NCBI GenBank assembly: GCA_033442325.1
Contig: JAWQFM010000008.1
Coordinates: 1,310,123-1,374,122 of the forward strand
Source of the DNA: Salpingoeca rosetta
Lineage: Eukaryota; Protista; Choanoflagellata
DNA: 64,000 nucleotides
Direction: 5' to 3'
The notes under the pieces are model-generated. The model had not been told where the DNA came from. It did no database searches and saw only the letters and a program-made list of their open reading frames with translations. Below are positions 1 through 13,245 of the stretch, piece after piece (the first letter of the stretch is position 1; each line of letters starts with the position of its first letter). The translations under genes were made by a program, and so were the position numbers.

Positions 1-1329
1 CCCCTCTGGCGTTCGTCCAGCTGATGGCACATCTGCAGAGATATACAAAGACGGATGGAGCTTGTCAGACGCGCACGTGCAAACACAGCACACAAGCAAA
101 CACAGCACACACGCAAACACAGCACACACATACACACGCGCACACGCGCACGTGCAAATATCCCACAAGCAAACACAGCACACACGCAAACACAGCACAC
201 ACGCACGCACGCACACACATACACACGCGCACACACGTACGTGATATGTCCCAGAGTTTGATGCTTCCATCCCACGAGGTTGTGGCCACCGTCTGGCCAG
301 TCGGACTGTGGTCAACAAAGGTGTCGCAAGATGCACGCGCCGCAGTGACAGCATCAGCGTGGTGTGGTAGTTCATGCATGTGCTGACGGAGACACAATCG
401 CTCATACAAAGACACGCACACGCACACGCACACGCACACACACACACGCACACACACACCTACGCGCACACATCCACGCACCTGAAGTCACAGGAAGAGG
501 CGCACTGCCTGTGCCCGTGCAAGATGGAGACGCATTTGCAGCTCTGCAGGTTCCAGATGCGCGTTGTCGTGTCTGCACACGTGGACGCCATGAGCCAGCC
601 GTCCGGGGAGAAGGCGACACCAGTGACAATGTCCGTGTGCCCTCGGAACACCATGAGCTGGCTGCCGTTGTCGATGCTCCACGCGATGATGGTCGTGTCG
701 CGGGAAGCAGATATGACGATGCGGTCGTCCAGCGGGCTGAACTTGACGTCTGTGACGGCGTCGCGATGGCCCGTCAGCGCCTTGAGCTTCCGCCGCGTGG
801 CCGCGTTCCAGATGATGAGTGTGTGGTCCTCGGAGCCCGAGGCAATCAGGCGGCGGCCCGGTGGCGAGAAGCAGCATGCCAAGACGGGCGCACTGTGACC
901 GACCAGCTTGGACAGCATCTCGCCCGTGCCCGTGACCCACAGGATGACGCTCTCGTCTGTTGAGGAGGAGGCGATGGTGCGGCCGTCCGGCGCGAACGAG
1001 ACGTCGTTCACCTCCAGGCTGTGGCCGCGCAGCGTGCGCATGACGCTCCCTGTGTCTGTGTTCCAGATGCGGACGGTCTTGTCCTTGGACGCCGTGGCCA
1101 GGATGTGGCGGGTGCGCGGGGAGAAGGCAAGCCCGTTGATGCGGTCATGGTGCCCGCGCAGCGTGTGCACCTCGTCAAAGTTGGCTGTGTTGAACACCTT
1201 GGCGGTCTTGTCCTTGGACGCGGACGCCAGCAGGGATCCGTCGCACGAATACTCCAAGGTCAGCGATGGGGTGGCATGCGCCAGGACGGTGCGCAGCAAC
1301 CGCTCGGCATACATCGTATCGGCGGCCAT
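1..1329 (-). CDS. WD40-repeat protein (3' end runs off the window)
   Basis: ORF 460..1362 has repeated GH...WD-type units (GHHDRINGLAFSP..ASKDKTVRIW; GHSLEVNDVSFAPDG; GHTDIVTGVAFSPDG). ATG at 1329. GT-AG splicing links exons 1329-482, 305-241 (FSPTGQTVATTSWDGSIKLWD) and 32-1. Confidence 0.85.
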
Positions 1330-2233
1330 TGCGCTGAGACTTGGACTGGGACTGCGTGTCAATGGGCACGTGCAGAGACGTGCGCGTGTTGTTCGCGTTG
1401 GTCAAAGTTGGCGGCACGTGTAGGGAGGAGGGCGGGGTGTGGCGCGTGTTTGGGTGAGAGGCAAGGCTCGAGGGAGGAGTGGTTGGTGTGTTGGCTGGTT
1501 GGTTGGTGTGCTGGGTTGGTTGTGGCTCGCGTCCCGTCCAAACGCGATGGTGATGCTGATGCTCTGTCGGAAGGCTGTTGGAAATGTAAGTTGTCACACA
1601 CAGAGCAACCACAGGTGTTGCTCTGCAGCTTCGCGAGGATTGATGTGAGGGATTGGTACTTGCTGCTGCTGTTGCTGCCGGTGCTGATGGTGGTGGGTGG
1701 GTTGGGGGAATGCGGCACACACACACACACACACACGAGCGGAAGAGGAGGTGGCGTGTGTGATGATACCTGTTGTGATCAACAACTGCGACACCCACAC
1801 AAACAACACGGCGTCTGATATTGCTTCTTTCGAAATTCGTGCATGCACGCAAACGACGAGCAAGACTTTGGGAGTGATGTGGCTTTGCTGTTTTGTTGGT
1901 TGCGTTGTGTTGACTTGCTTGCGGCTGTTGCTCCTGCTGTTGTGAGTCTTGTGCTGTTGTTGTTGGGTTGGCGTGTGTGAGGCTTGCTTGATGTTGCTTC
2001 ACTTTTTGGCTGTCTTTTCGTGTTGTCATAGTGTGTGGGGTGGTTGCTACATGTGCTGTACGAGCAATCAAACGCGTGGCTCATCCACACAGGCAGACAC
2101 AGGTGCAGATGCAGACACAGGCAAGTAGCGCCAAGAGCACCGATGCTTCACAGCTGTCGCCACCATGCCCCACATCACCTCTTCATCTCAAGACTCGAAC
2201 AACAACTCTCAACAAAAGAGGCCAATCGCGGCT

Positions 2234-3189
2234 TCAACTGGTATCAGCCTTTGGCTTCTTGTTCTTGAACACAATCTTGATGTCCTCCTTCTTGATCTGA
2301 GAGGGTGGGAGACAGAGGCCGTGTGACAGTGTATGAGAGTGGGAGGAAGAAAGGCAGAGGGCATGCGCGTGTGTGGATTGTGCATGTGTGTATGTGTGTG
2401 CGTGTGTAATGTCCTGTGTAGAACAAGGTACTACAACGAACAGTGCGCATGTGCGTTTGTGTGTGTGCGTGTAATGTCCTGTGTAGAACAAGGTACTACA
2501 ACGAACAACAGATATCGTCAAAACATCACGACAGCCAGCAGGCCAGGCACGCACCCCGTCGAATTTGCTTGTGAGAAAGTCAACAATGTCGACTGTGACG
2601 TCGCCGGTCACCTGCACCTCATCGTCGCCAACCACGCTCGAGCTCGCAGCAAACCTTTCAACACAAACCCCGCCCGCACGTGTCCGTGAGCCAAAGCAGT
2701 GCAATCTATTTCGCGCGCGCGAATGCACAGACAACCTACACCAACATCTGCAGTAACAACGGCAACCAACGCCAACAACGGCAATAGCAACAGCAATAGC
2801 AGCAGCGCTGTACTGCTTACCGCCCGGAGATGGCCTTTGATGCCTTCTTCAGGTCGATGCCTGCACGAGGCAGCACAACGCAAACGACACACGAGTCAGC
2901 GCATGCAGTCTTCGCATCCAATTGCATCCAATGGCATCCAATGGTATCCAATGGTACCTACCACGACACAACCACAACACAACCACAACACAACCACAAC
3001 ACAACCACGACACAACCACAACAAAACCACAACACAACCACAACACAACGCAAACACACCACACCACGGCAACAACGTCAACCCCACCGAATGCCTTGAG
3101 GCCAGCAATGTTGGACGCAAACTTCTTCTTTGTGCGCTGGATGCGCGTGACGACAATCGCCGACTTCTGCTTATGCAACAGTGCATGCA

Positions 3190-3266
<77 letters not shown>

Positions 3267-4258
3267 AGGAAGCAAAGGTGCAACAGGCGAGAAAGGTCAG
3301 TCAAGGAAGGAGTATGCATGTGCCAGTTGTCATGTGCACGTGTCATGTGCACGCCACATGTGCGCATGTGCCATGTGCAGAGTACATTACACAGTGCAGT
3401 GAGCTCATTGCACTCGCAGGGCATGCAGTGTGGCGGTCGCACCTTGGTGTCCTCGGTGAATTTCACTGTGGTCGAACGCACACAGCACATGAAATGAAAA
3501 GAGGCGGCAGAGGATATGAATGGGTACACGTGCATCACCAAAGCAGAACATGCACGTTCAAGGATGTCAACACATGTGCACGCTCGACACGCACACATAT
3601 GACATACACATGGGTACACCACACAACCGCGTACCTTGTGCAGGCTTCTTCTTGTCCTGGACCTCATCCAAGTTCACTGCAAGAACACACAAAGGAGGAA
3701 TGACAAGCGATCAGCAATGACAGCATGATGGAAATATGACGGGAAAGGGCGGTAGCACGTGTCGACAATCAGAAACACAGTCACACACACACACACAAGC
3801 ACACGCACACACGCACGTACGCACACACGCGCAAACAAAAGCATGCAACACTCACAATCGCCGAGGAGCTCTGCAAACAGGTCTGGGTCGTCCTCCTTCA
3901 GCCTCGTGTAGCACTGCTTCTTTGTGTTTGAAAACTCACAGTACTCGTACGGCATGGTACACACTGCATGGAGCATTACCCAGAAGAACCACCCCCCCCC
4001 CCATTGTGTGTGGATGGCATGACATGATGGTGAGCGCGTGTAACTAACAATCCATGCTGCGATGAACGTGGTGATTTGCGTCCACAATCAAACCAGGATG
4101 CAAAAAGCAACACACCCCTCCTGTATTTCATTTTTCCTTCCTTCACACCACACATGAAAGCCCCACGCCGCCTCACCTGGGCAGTACTTGACCACAACCG
4201 GCTCGGGGATCTCCATGGGGGCGCCCTCGCCCTCGCTCTGATGCTCATCGTCAGACAT
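2234..4258 (-). CDS. DENR: Density-regulated protein (DENR/Tma22), SUI1-domain translation re-initiation factor
   Basis: Spliced exons give MSDDEHQ..VVKYCP|VCTMPYEYCEF (N-terminal Cys/Zn motif), IVVTRIQRTKKKFASNIAGLKAF|GIDLKKASKAISG|RFAASSSVVGDDEVQVTGD (SUI1 domain), ending KPKADTS* at 2234. Confidence 0.9.
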
Positions 4259-4348
4259 GATGATGGTTGGAGTCGTGTGGTTGGTGTGCTTGTTGATATG
4301 GGACTACTATTTATGGCGTCGTTAAACAGCTGCAGCCATGCATCTTTT

Positions 4349-6856
4349 TCAGTGTCGTGTCGCCACACCATTGGTGTGCGCATGCTCGTGGCTTGTGGAG
4401 GGTGGCGGGCGTGTGGCGGTGGTGAGAGGGGTGGGGTAACACCTGCGCGAGATGACAATGACAGCCAGGGTGAGGAGCACAGCCAACACTGTTCGTCCGT
4501 GCTGCTTGATCAGTTTCACCAGCACCACATTCACCAGAAACGAATCCCAGGCCTCCTCAAAGTCCTACACATATTTTGCAGCGTGGATGTGTGTGTGTGT
4601 GGATGTGTGTGCGTGTATGTGTGTGTATGTGTGCGGGCGTGTGGATGTGTGTGTGTGTGTGTATGGATGTGTGTATGTGAGAGGGGGCAAACTGAGTCCA
4701 TCATGCGTGTGTGTGTGTGTAACAGTGTCCCGATGCAATCAATGAATGAGCCATGAACAATGAATGAATGAATGTGGGCTGGGTGTTGTACTGTTACCGC
4801 TGGTGGCGCCATAAGCTTCTTCTCCGTCGACAGCAGCGTGTCAAAGAACGGGCAAAATGCAAACGGGCTCGGCTCCGATTCGTTTACAAACAGCGGCTCT
4901 GGTGGTGTGTATGCGTATGTGTATGAGTATGTGTATATGTATGTGTAAGATGTGTGTGTAAGATGTGTGTGTGTGTGTGTAAGATGTGTGCGTGTAAGAT
5001 GTGTGTGCAAGATATGAGTATGTGTATTTTCATATGTGTGGCCGAGGCGCGCGCAGGGCGTTCATGGCGGAGCACACCAGCCAATCTACCGTGGTCTTCA
5101 AGGCGGTGCTGCGTGTCCTCCCAGCGCTCGATGGGTTTGGTGGAGCGCGCAGAGAGATTGCCGTTGTGCAAGTCAAGATACACGGGGTGCTGGTCATCCA
5201 GACGCGGCCAATGCACTTCTGTACGCAGTGCACGTTGTATCAGTGGGTGACGGATGAGTGTCGAGGGCGTGCAATGCTCAGAGTCGAAAGGAGGAGAGAA
5301 ACGCAGGGTGTGTGCTTGTGCGTATGCGTGTTTGCCTTGGAATTGGCAGACACACGCACGCCCTTCCGGCCAACAGACAAGACTCACAGCCCTCAATAGC
5401 CACCACCACCACAACAACAACAACAATTCACCACCACCACCACAACAACAACAATTCACCACCACCACCACAACACCACTTTGTCACAACCAGCATATTG
5501 CTCGCACCGCCGCTGGAGAGGTTGTGCGTGGAGCCGCGGGCAAAGGCGTACCACAGGTCCTGGATGGTCTGGGAGAGGTGCTTCTCTGCATCGCTCATCT
5601 CAGGCTCGCCCTCAAACACATATCTACCATGCACGCAGGCGCAGGAGTGATTGATGGGTGATATCGATGTTGGTTGTGGTGGTCGGGAGGGGGGAAGGTG
5701 CAGGGAGCGTTGGAGTGTTTCACAATCAGTCGCAGTCGTCTTGCACACAACACAACAAGTGCAAACTCGCTTTCGCACGCACACGTGCACACACATACGC
5801 ACGCTCACATGAACTCATACCTGAGTTCTGAGCCGTGGAATGCACCCAGCTGATCAAAGGGCCAACCAAGTGTTTCCGGCACAAACGTGTAGTGGTACAC
5901 GAACACGTGCGATTCAGGGGACGAGGCAAGCGCCCTGGCGATGGAACGAAAGCGTTGAACGTGCGTTGAACGCGTGTGGAGCGCGTGTGGAGCGCGTGTT
6001 GAACGCGTGTGAGTTTGGGGGTCGGGAAGCAGGTGAGCAAGAACTTATCGATGTTGCCCTGACAGAGACAAAGGCGGGGGGGGGCAGAGAGAAAGAGAAA
6101 GAGATGCACACACACATACACACACGCGCACACACGCACACACGCACACGCACACACACACACACACGCGCGCGCACACGCACACACGCACACACACACA
6201 CACACAGAGACGCACACACACACGCGCGCACACACGCACACACGCACACACACACACAGACGCACTATATACACACAACTCCTCCCCTCCCCCAACACAT
6301 ACACACACACACACACATTGCTGTTCTGAGGGTTGAGCAGGACGACATGTTGTCGAGGAGAGCAGCCATCTTCTGGAACGGCGACCACTCCTGCGGAAAA
6401 AGCGCCGCAACCCGCCCAAGCTGCCGCCGTGTTGGTGGTGTTGCAACGCCATGCCGTGTGAGGTGTGTGATGTGATGGCCGTGGGCGAGGCGGGGATGAA
6501 GGAATGCATGAATACAAATCCCTCCGTCATCTGCACACGCGCGCACACACTTACACAAAGTCTTGCATCACCTCCATGCGGCCGCTATCTCCACCCATGC
6601 CACCACCACCGCCACCAGCAGTACCAACATCACCACCACAATCGTGTCCTTTGCAGACCTGGTCTTGGGCGAATGTTGCTGGGAGAAGATCGCGCCATGA
6701 GCTCTCAAACACGGCGACGTTGTACGCAATCAGCAGAAACAGAGACGCCTCGTCGGCGTTGTTGCCGATAATCACATCAACCTGGACGCGAAACAGAAGG
6801 AGAGGGAGATGGAGAGAGAAAGAGAGTGCCAGAGCAAGAGCGAGAGAGAGAGAGAG

Positions 6857-6887
<31 letters not shown>

Positions 6888-7847
6888 CCTTCATGCGTGG
6901 CGACACCCGCCACCACCATTAACATCTTCACCACCACCACCACCACGCAGACAGCTGCCGCCACCACCACACCGTGTACTGACCTTGTTGTGCTTGTGCT
7001 GGCGCATGAGGGAGACGGGGTAGTCTGGGATCACGACACCATCAACAGTGGGGAACCAGCGCACCCCCGTGTGCAGCAGCAAGCCGCGCTTGTTGTTGAA
7101 CGCCCGCTGTATCTTCTCCGCAGGCAGCGAGCGCAGACATGCAAGCCGGTCCCCAGCCTGATTGGGAGGAGTGATTGGTGTGATGGTGTGGCGACGATGT
7201 GGTGTGGTGATGTGGTTGTTGTTGGTGATGTGTGAGTGGAGCGTTTGGGCGATGCACGCAACACGTACACGTGGCGGTGTGATGACGTCATGATGAACGC
7301 GCGTGTTGCAACAGCAGCAACAGCAAGCAACAGCAAGCAACAGCAAGCAACCACTGCGCAGCAGCCTGTGAACTCACATCCCCACAGCCAACGTGCTTGG
7401 CGAGTCGGTTGCCTTGGTCAACAGCCTCTGAGGAGAGGATATCATAAAGATTGGGGACAAGGGGGGGAGGGGGCAGTGGGTGATGGAAAGCCGCTAGTGA
7501 GGGCGATTGAGGGCGTCCCCACAAGTACACTGGCACACGTACACACGCACATACACACGTACACACACGTAGGCACACGTACACACGCACATACACACAC
7601 GTACACATACGTATACATGTACACAAGTGTGTCGCTCACCTTCGTACGACTGGAACTTCATGTCGCACATGGACGATTGCATAATGACGCGCTGAAACAG
7701 GCCGGCGCTCTGTGGGGAAACGAGATGGAAGCACAAGCAGAACGCGCCTGCGCTCTCACCCATCACCGTCACCTGAAGCCATTGGGCCAGCGAGTTGCAT
7801 GCAGTGCAAAAAGATGTGAAACAGGAGGGAAAGGGGAGAAAGATAGC

Positions 7848-7909
<62 letters not shown>

Positions 7910-8779
7910 TGGGTGGGTGGGTGGGTGGGTGGGTGGGTGTGCCAGCACGTCAGAGAATACAAACGGATACGAAGCACGCTTGCGTCGCATGCAGACACAC
8001 ACACACACACATACAAACACACGCACAACACACGCACTCTGGCTCTTCATGTTTGCAAGATCGTCACCTGTGCTGGGTCGCCACCAAAGGCGCGAATGTT
8101 GTTCTGCACCCACTGCAGTGCGAGCTGTTGATCCATCAGGCCAAGCACGCCTGCACATTGGTCGAGGGTGAACAATGGTGCAGTTTGGACTGAGTGTGAG
8201 ACTGAAGAGTCATCACATGGTACATGCAGGCACACACACACACAACCAAACACCACGCGTGTGTGCAAACGGCGGGCACCTGCGTGGCCGTGCTCCTGGC
8301 GCATTTCCTCGAGTGCAATAAAGCCGAGGGGTCCAAGGCGGTAGTTGAAGTTGACATACACGCAGTCGCACTCCACCAGGAACTTAAATGGGCGCTGCAC
8401 GACAGCCGTGTGGTGATGTAGGGAAGGAGGAAGGAGAGTTGTTCGTGTGCATGGGACGTGTTTGTTTTCGTGTGAATGACGTGTGAAGGAATGAAGAGAT
8501 CAGACGTGTGGAGTCAGAATCCACAACCTCAGAGAAGCAACGACAAGCATTGTTAGGCCCAACTCCTGGTAAGGAACGCACCGGAGAGACGACGGGGAAG
8601 TTGCTTGCACCCATGATGAAGCCGCCACCGTGGATGAACACAACGACTGGCTTGTTGCTTGTCTGGATGAACGAGAAAAGGGAGGCATGGGGTATTAGGA
8701 CACTGGTGCATTTGAACGTTTGTGGACAACAACAACGACAGCAGCAGCAACAACAACAACAGCAGCAACAGCAGCAGCG

Positions 8780-8813
<34 letters not shown>

Positions 8814-9649
8814 CAGCAGCAGCAGCATCAAACCAAACCCACGCACTCGCGCACACGTACACACGCACACACACTCGCACTCGCACTCATACACACACTC
8901 ATACACACACTCATACACACACACGCACACACAGACGCACGGTAGTTGTGTTTGGAGGGACAAAGACGTTGATGTGCAGGCAGTCCTCGCTGGTGGGCAA
9001 TCCGCTGTTGCCAAAGTGAACGTCGCCAGCCGTGTAGCACGTGTCTCCATACTCTGTCTGCAGTGGTAGTGGTTCGCAAAGGAAAAAATGATGGAGCAGC
9101 AGCCATGAGTGTGTCACAGGAGCACCGAACGTGTGCACAGAGGCAGACACACGGTCTCCCGCACACGCACACAACTGTTCACGTTACAGGTATACGTACA
9201 GCCTGCATCACGCCCTTCCACGGCTGCTTGGGCACGGGCGGCGCAAACCGCCTCCTGCATGGTTGGCGTGATGGTACATATCGTAAGCACAGTGCTTTGC
9301 ACCATCTGGCGCAAGTCTCGAGGCGTGGGAACGAGGAACACTGTCACACACACACACATACACACACACGCACACACACACACACATACACACACACGCA
9401 CACACACACACACATACACATGTGCAGTGGCAAACTGACCTGCCAGCAGGCATCTGCGCATAGGGAATGCCCATGAACGCGGTGACATCATGATCCTCAA
9501 GGTTCTTTCCAATCACATCGCCTGCAAGCAAGCAACAAGGAAGCGCACGCAAAGGTGGACGGCGATCAGCGGTGAGGGTCGTGCGATCCGAAGGACTGCA
9601 GGCAAGCAAGCAAGAAGGACATGTGATTGCACATCACACACACTCACAC

Positions 9650-9690
<41 letters not shown>

Positions 9691-9833
9691 CACACACACA
9701 CACCTGCGGCTGTGTGGATGATGGTCGTGTCCGAGATGACTTCACCTGCACCAGCACCAGCAGAGGCACAGGCACTCGCGTGGGCTGTCAGTGCGCCAAG
9801 CACCAGAAGCAACACCCCACTCTTCGTCATCAT
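4349..9833 (-). CDS. Type-B carboxylesterase/cholinesterase-family protein with signal peptide and a C-terminal hydrophobic segment
   Basis: Motifs [64 protein letters not shown] (catalytic Ser), GNNADEA (Glu) and GAFHGSE (His). N-terminal hydrophobic leader. The last exon encodes [15 protein letters not shown] and stops at 4349. Confidence 0.88.
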
Positions 9834-10365
9834 CTGCTGCTGTGCACAAACGTGTCTTGCCGCGAAATTTGAACTGTGATGATGATGATGATGATGTTGT
9901 GTGGAGATGGTGGTGGTTGCTCGGAGATGGCGTGCTTGGTTGGTAACAGGCGCCGTTGACTGGAAACGGCAGGACTCCAAGACAACTGCGGTGCACGGAA
10001 CTTGAGTGTGCACTGCAGGCTCGAGCGTGACGTCAGGGCGTTCTTGCCGCGCTGTTTGCGGGTGATGTGAGTGGAAAGCTGGCATTCAACTCAACAAGGG
10101 CGCGAAGAGCACAGCAACACAACACAGCAATCCTCCCACTTCGTCTCTCTGTCTCTCTGTCTCTCTCTCTGTCTCTCTCTCTGTCTCTCTGTCTCTCTCT
10201 GTCTCTCTCTCTCTCTCTCTCTGTCTGTCTCTCTCTCTCTGTCTCTCTCTGTCTGTCTCTCTCTCTCTGTCTCTCTGTCTCTCTCTCTGTCTCTCTCTCT
10301 CTCTCTGTCTCTCTTTCTCTCTCTGTCTCTCTGTCTCTCTGTCTCTCTGTCTTCCTCTGTATCTC

Positions 10366-12869
10366 ATGATGCGCTGGAAAGCTGGCACCCTCCCTTTCCT
10401 GGCTGGGGCGACGATCGTGGCCGTCGTGTCGCTGTTCTCGTGGCCCGCAGCTGCCCAAGCACTCTCATTGACCTTCTACGACTCACCGACGACATGGCCA
10501 GAGGCAGAATGCTTCTGCAAGGAGCAAGGCGGTCACCTGGCAAGCATCTCCTCTCCTGACGACATTGCCGCTATCGCTGCTGTCGCACCGACTGGCCGTT
10601 TCTGGATCGGTGCGTGTGCTGTGTGTGCTGTGTGTGCTGTGTGTGCTGTGTGTGCTGTGTGTGCTGTGTGTGCTGTGTGTGCTGTGTCTGTGTGTATGTG
10701 TCTGTGCGTCTGTGTGTGTGTGTGTGTGTCTGTCTGTGTGTGTGTGCCTGACTGTGTGTGATTCCTGGCCTGTCTGCATGTCCCTCTCTCTATCTGTCCC
10801 TCTCTCCGCCTGTGTCTGTGTCTGTGCCCAAGAGTGTGTGCAACTGCTTGACCCAGCGCCTTGCCATGCTCCAAGGTGCTGATCACAACTATCTGCTTCT
10901 TGTTTCAAGGTGGGCACGAGGTGTCGCTGTCGGCAGACCTGACTGGATCCCCTCGCTCTTTCGCCTGGACAGACCAAGTCGCCTTCAACGCTTCCATCAT
11001 TCCATGGTTGGTTGCCGGCTGGTTTGCTGTTTGTGCCATGGCAGCTGCAGCTTAGGCACATCGCTAGGCTCCTAAGCGCCGTGCAGAGAGTGGACTGAAC
11101 GCACAGGTTAACGTTCGTGTCCATGTCATATTTTGTCCCTGTATATGTGCAGGGGCATGGATCAGCCAGACAATGCAGCCGGCACGGTACATGAGCGCGG
11201 CATCTCTGCCCAACTGCAGTCCGTAAGCTACTTATGCACAAGTGCATGTGTGATTGTGCGCTTGTGGTTGCGGCTCCGTGTGTGTGTGTGTGTGTTTCCC
11301 AAATCGCACTGCCCTGACGATGCGATGTGCGTGTGCACTTGTGGCAACAGGGCGTGCAGCTTGCGGCATTTGACGACGACACCACGCTGCACCTTCCCTT
11401 TGTGTGCCTGGACGAAATCTCTACCTCCACAAGCACGAGTACAAGCACCAGCACAACCAGCAGCACCAGTACAAGCACGAGTACGTCTACGTCCACTTCA
11501 ACCTCGACCTCCACAAGCACCAGCACAAGCACCAGCACGAGTACATCCACTTCAACCTCGACCTCCACAAGCACGAGTACGTCTACGTCCACGTCGACCT
11601 CCACCTCTACGTCGATGTCCACAACCAGCAGCACCAGCACAAGCACAAGCACGAGTACGTCTACGTCCACTTCAACATCCACTTCCACGTCGACGTCCAC
11701 AACCAGCAGCACCAGCACCTCGACCTCGACCTCCACGTCATCATCGCATGAGCCGTGCCTCACCAGTGTTGATGCAGATATCGTCCTTGTCTTGGACTCC
11801 TCCATCGCGTACGTCGTGCCGTGTGCACGTGTGCTTGTGTGCGTGCTTGTGTGCGTGTGCGTGGTTTTGCGTGTGTACATGTGTTGATAGCAGCGGGATG
11901 TTCAAACTGCTCTCAGTCCCCCCTCCAACACACACACACACACGCATATCCGCATGTCCATCCATCCATTCACACTCACGTACACATGCGCATGCGCGCG
12001 TTGCATGTACAGCATTGGCAGCGACGGCTGGCAAGACCTACAGCAGTTTGCTCGCCGATATGTTGAGAACATCGACATTGCCCTCGACCGAATGAGGTGC
12101 GTGCGCACGTGTGTAAGTGTATGATTGTGAGTGAGTGAGTGCGTGTGTGTGTGTATGAGTGTGAGTGTGTGAGTGTGAGTGTGTGAGAGAGTGTGTGTGT
12201 GTGAGTGTCTGTGTGAGTGTGTGTGAGTGTGAGTGTGTGTGTGTGTGAGTGTGTGTGTGTGTGAGTGTGTGTGTGTGTGTGAAAGTGTTCATGACGACAG
12301 CACTTGTTGGTATTCTTGGTGTGAGCGAGATTGATGCTTGGAGTGCCATCGCTAACAATTGTACACATATACACACACGTGAACATGCACCCACCACCAC
12401 GACCATCAACAGGGTGGCCATGGTGTCGTTCTCAGACACGTCCACGACTGTGTTTGACTTTGACGACCACGGCGACGTGGGCAGCATGAAGGCAGCCATC
12501 ACCGCTGCGCCCTACCACAACAGCGGGCCCAGTGCCGTTGCATCTGCCCTTCAAGCCATCATCCCGTCCCTGCTTGAGAATCCCGCTGCAGGGCGGCGCC
12601 TCTCCGTCCCCTCTGTTGTCATCGTCGTCACAACAGAGACCAGCGAGCCAGAAGCACTGCTGCAGTCGACAGCAGCAAGCGTGGCGGGCACGGGCGCGCA
12701 GGTGTACGTGATTGGCGTTGGCGCCTTTGATCCATTGCGCAACACGGTGGATGATCTGTCCACTTTGAATGCTTGGGCGCGCGAGTTTGCCACCACAGAG
12801 CCTGTGGCTCGCTGGTCCACAGCAACACTGGCCGTCATCCAGACCGTGTGCGACCGCTTCGACGGCTGA
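10366..12869 (+). CDS. Secreted protein: C-type lectin-like domain, Ser/Thr mucin-like stalk, vWA domain
   Basis: Signal peptide; TWPEAECFCKEQGGHLASI..FWIG..WTD..WGMDQPDN..LPFVC (CTLD); long (ST)n repeat at about 11420-11745; ADIVLVLDSS..RVAMVSFS..VVIVVT..VYVIGVG (vWA). Exons join at canonical GT-AG sites. Confidence 0.85.
11420..11745 (+). repeat. Coding (Ser-Thr)n low-complexity repeat with internally duplicated blocks
   Basis: Recurring units such as acaagcacgagtacgtctacgtccac and acaaccagcagcaccagcac, translating STSTST. Confidence 0.85.
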
Positions 12870-12897
12870 GATGAGTGCACGTTGTCGTGTTTATGTT

Positions 12898-13035
12898 GTG
12901 TGTGTCTGTGTGTGTTGTATGGTGTGTGTGCGTGCGTGTGTGTGTCTGTGTGTGTTGTATGGTGTGTGTGCGTGCGTGTGTGTGTCTGTGTGTGTTGTAT
13001 GGTGTGTGTGCGTGCGTGTGTGTGTCTGTGTGTCT
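12898..13035 (+). repeat. Tandem repeat of about 40 bp (about 3 copies) downstream of the CTLD-vWA gene
   Basis: tgtgtgtctgtgtgtgttgtatggtgtgtgtgcgtgcg repeated. Confidence 0.75.
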
Positions 13036-13245
13036 GTGTGTATGCTTCTTCAACTCGTATCATTTTTGTGGTTTGCTGTGCCAGCCTCTGCGACGTTGGA
13101 TTGTATTCTTTGAAAATGATGAAACAAGACATCAACTAACAAGAGGAAGGAGAGGCTAGTGAAGAACACACACACACACACACACACACGTACACAACGC
13201 ACACACACACACGTACACAACGCACACACACACACACTTCCACGC

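Noticed and set aside
10366-12869. Identification as rosetteless
   Set aside because: Rosetteless has two CTLDs and different C-terminal repeats; this gene has one CTLD and a vWA domain.
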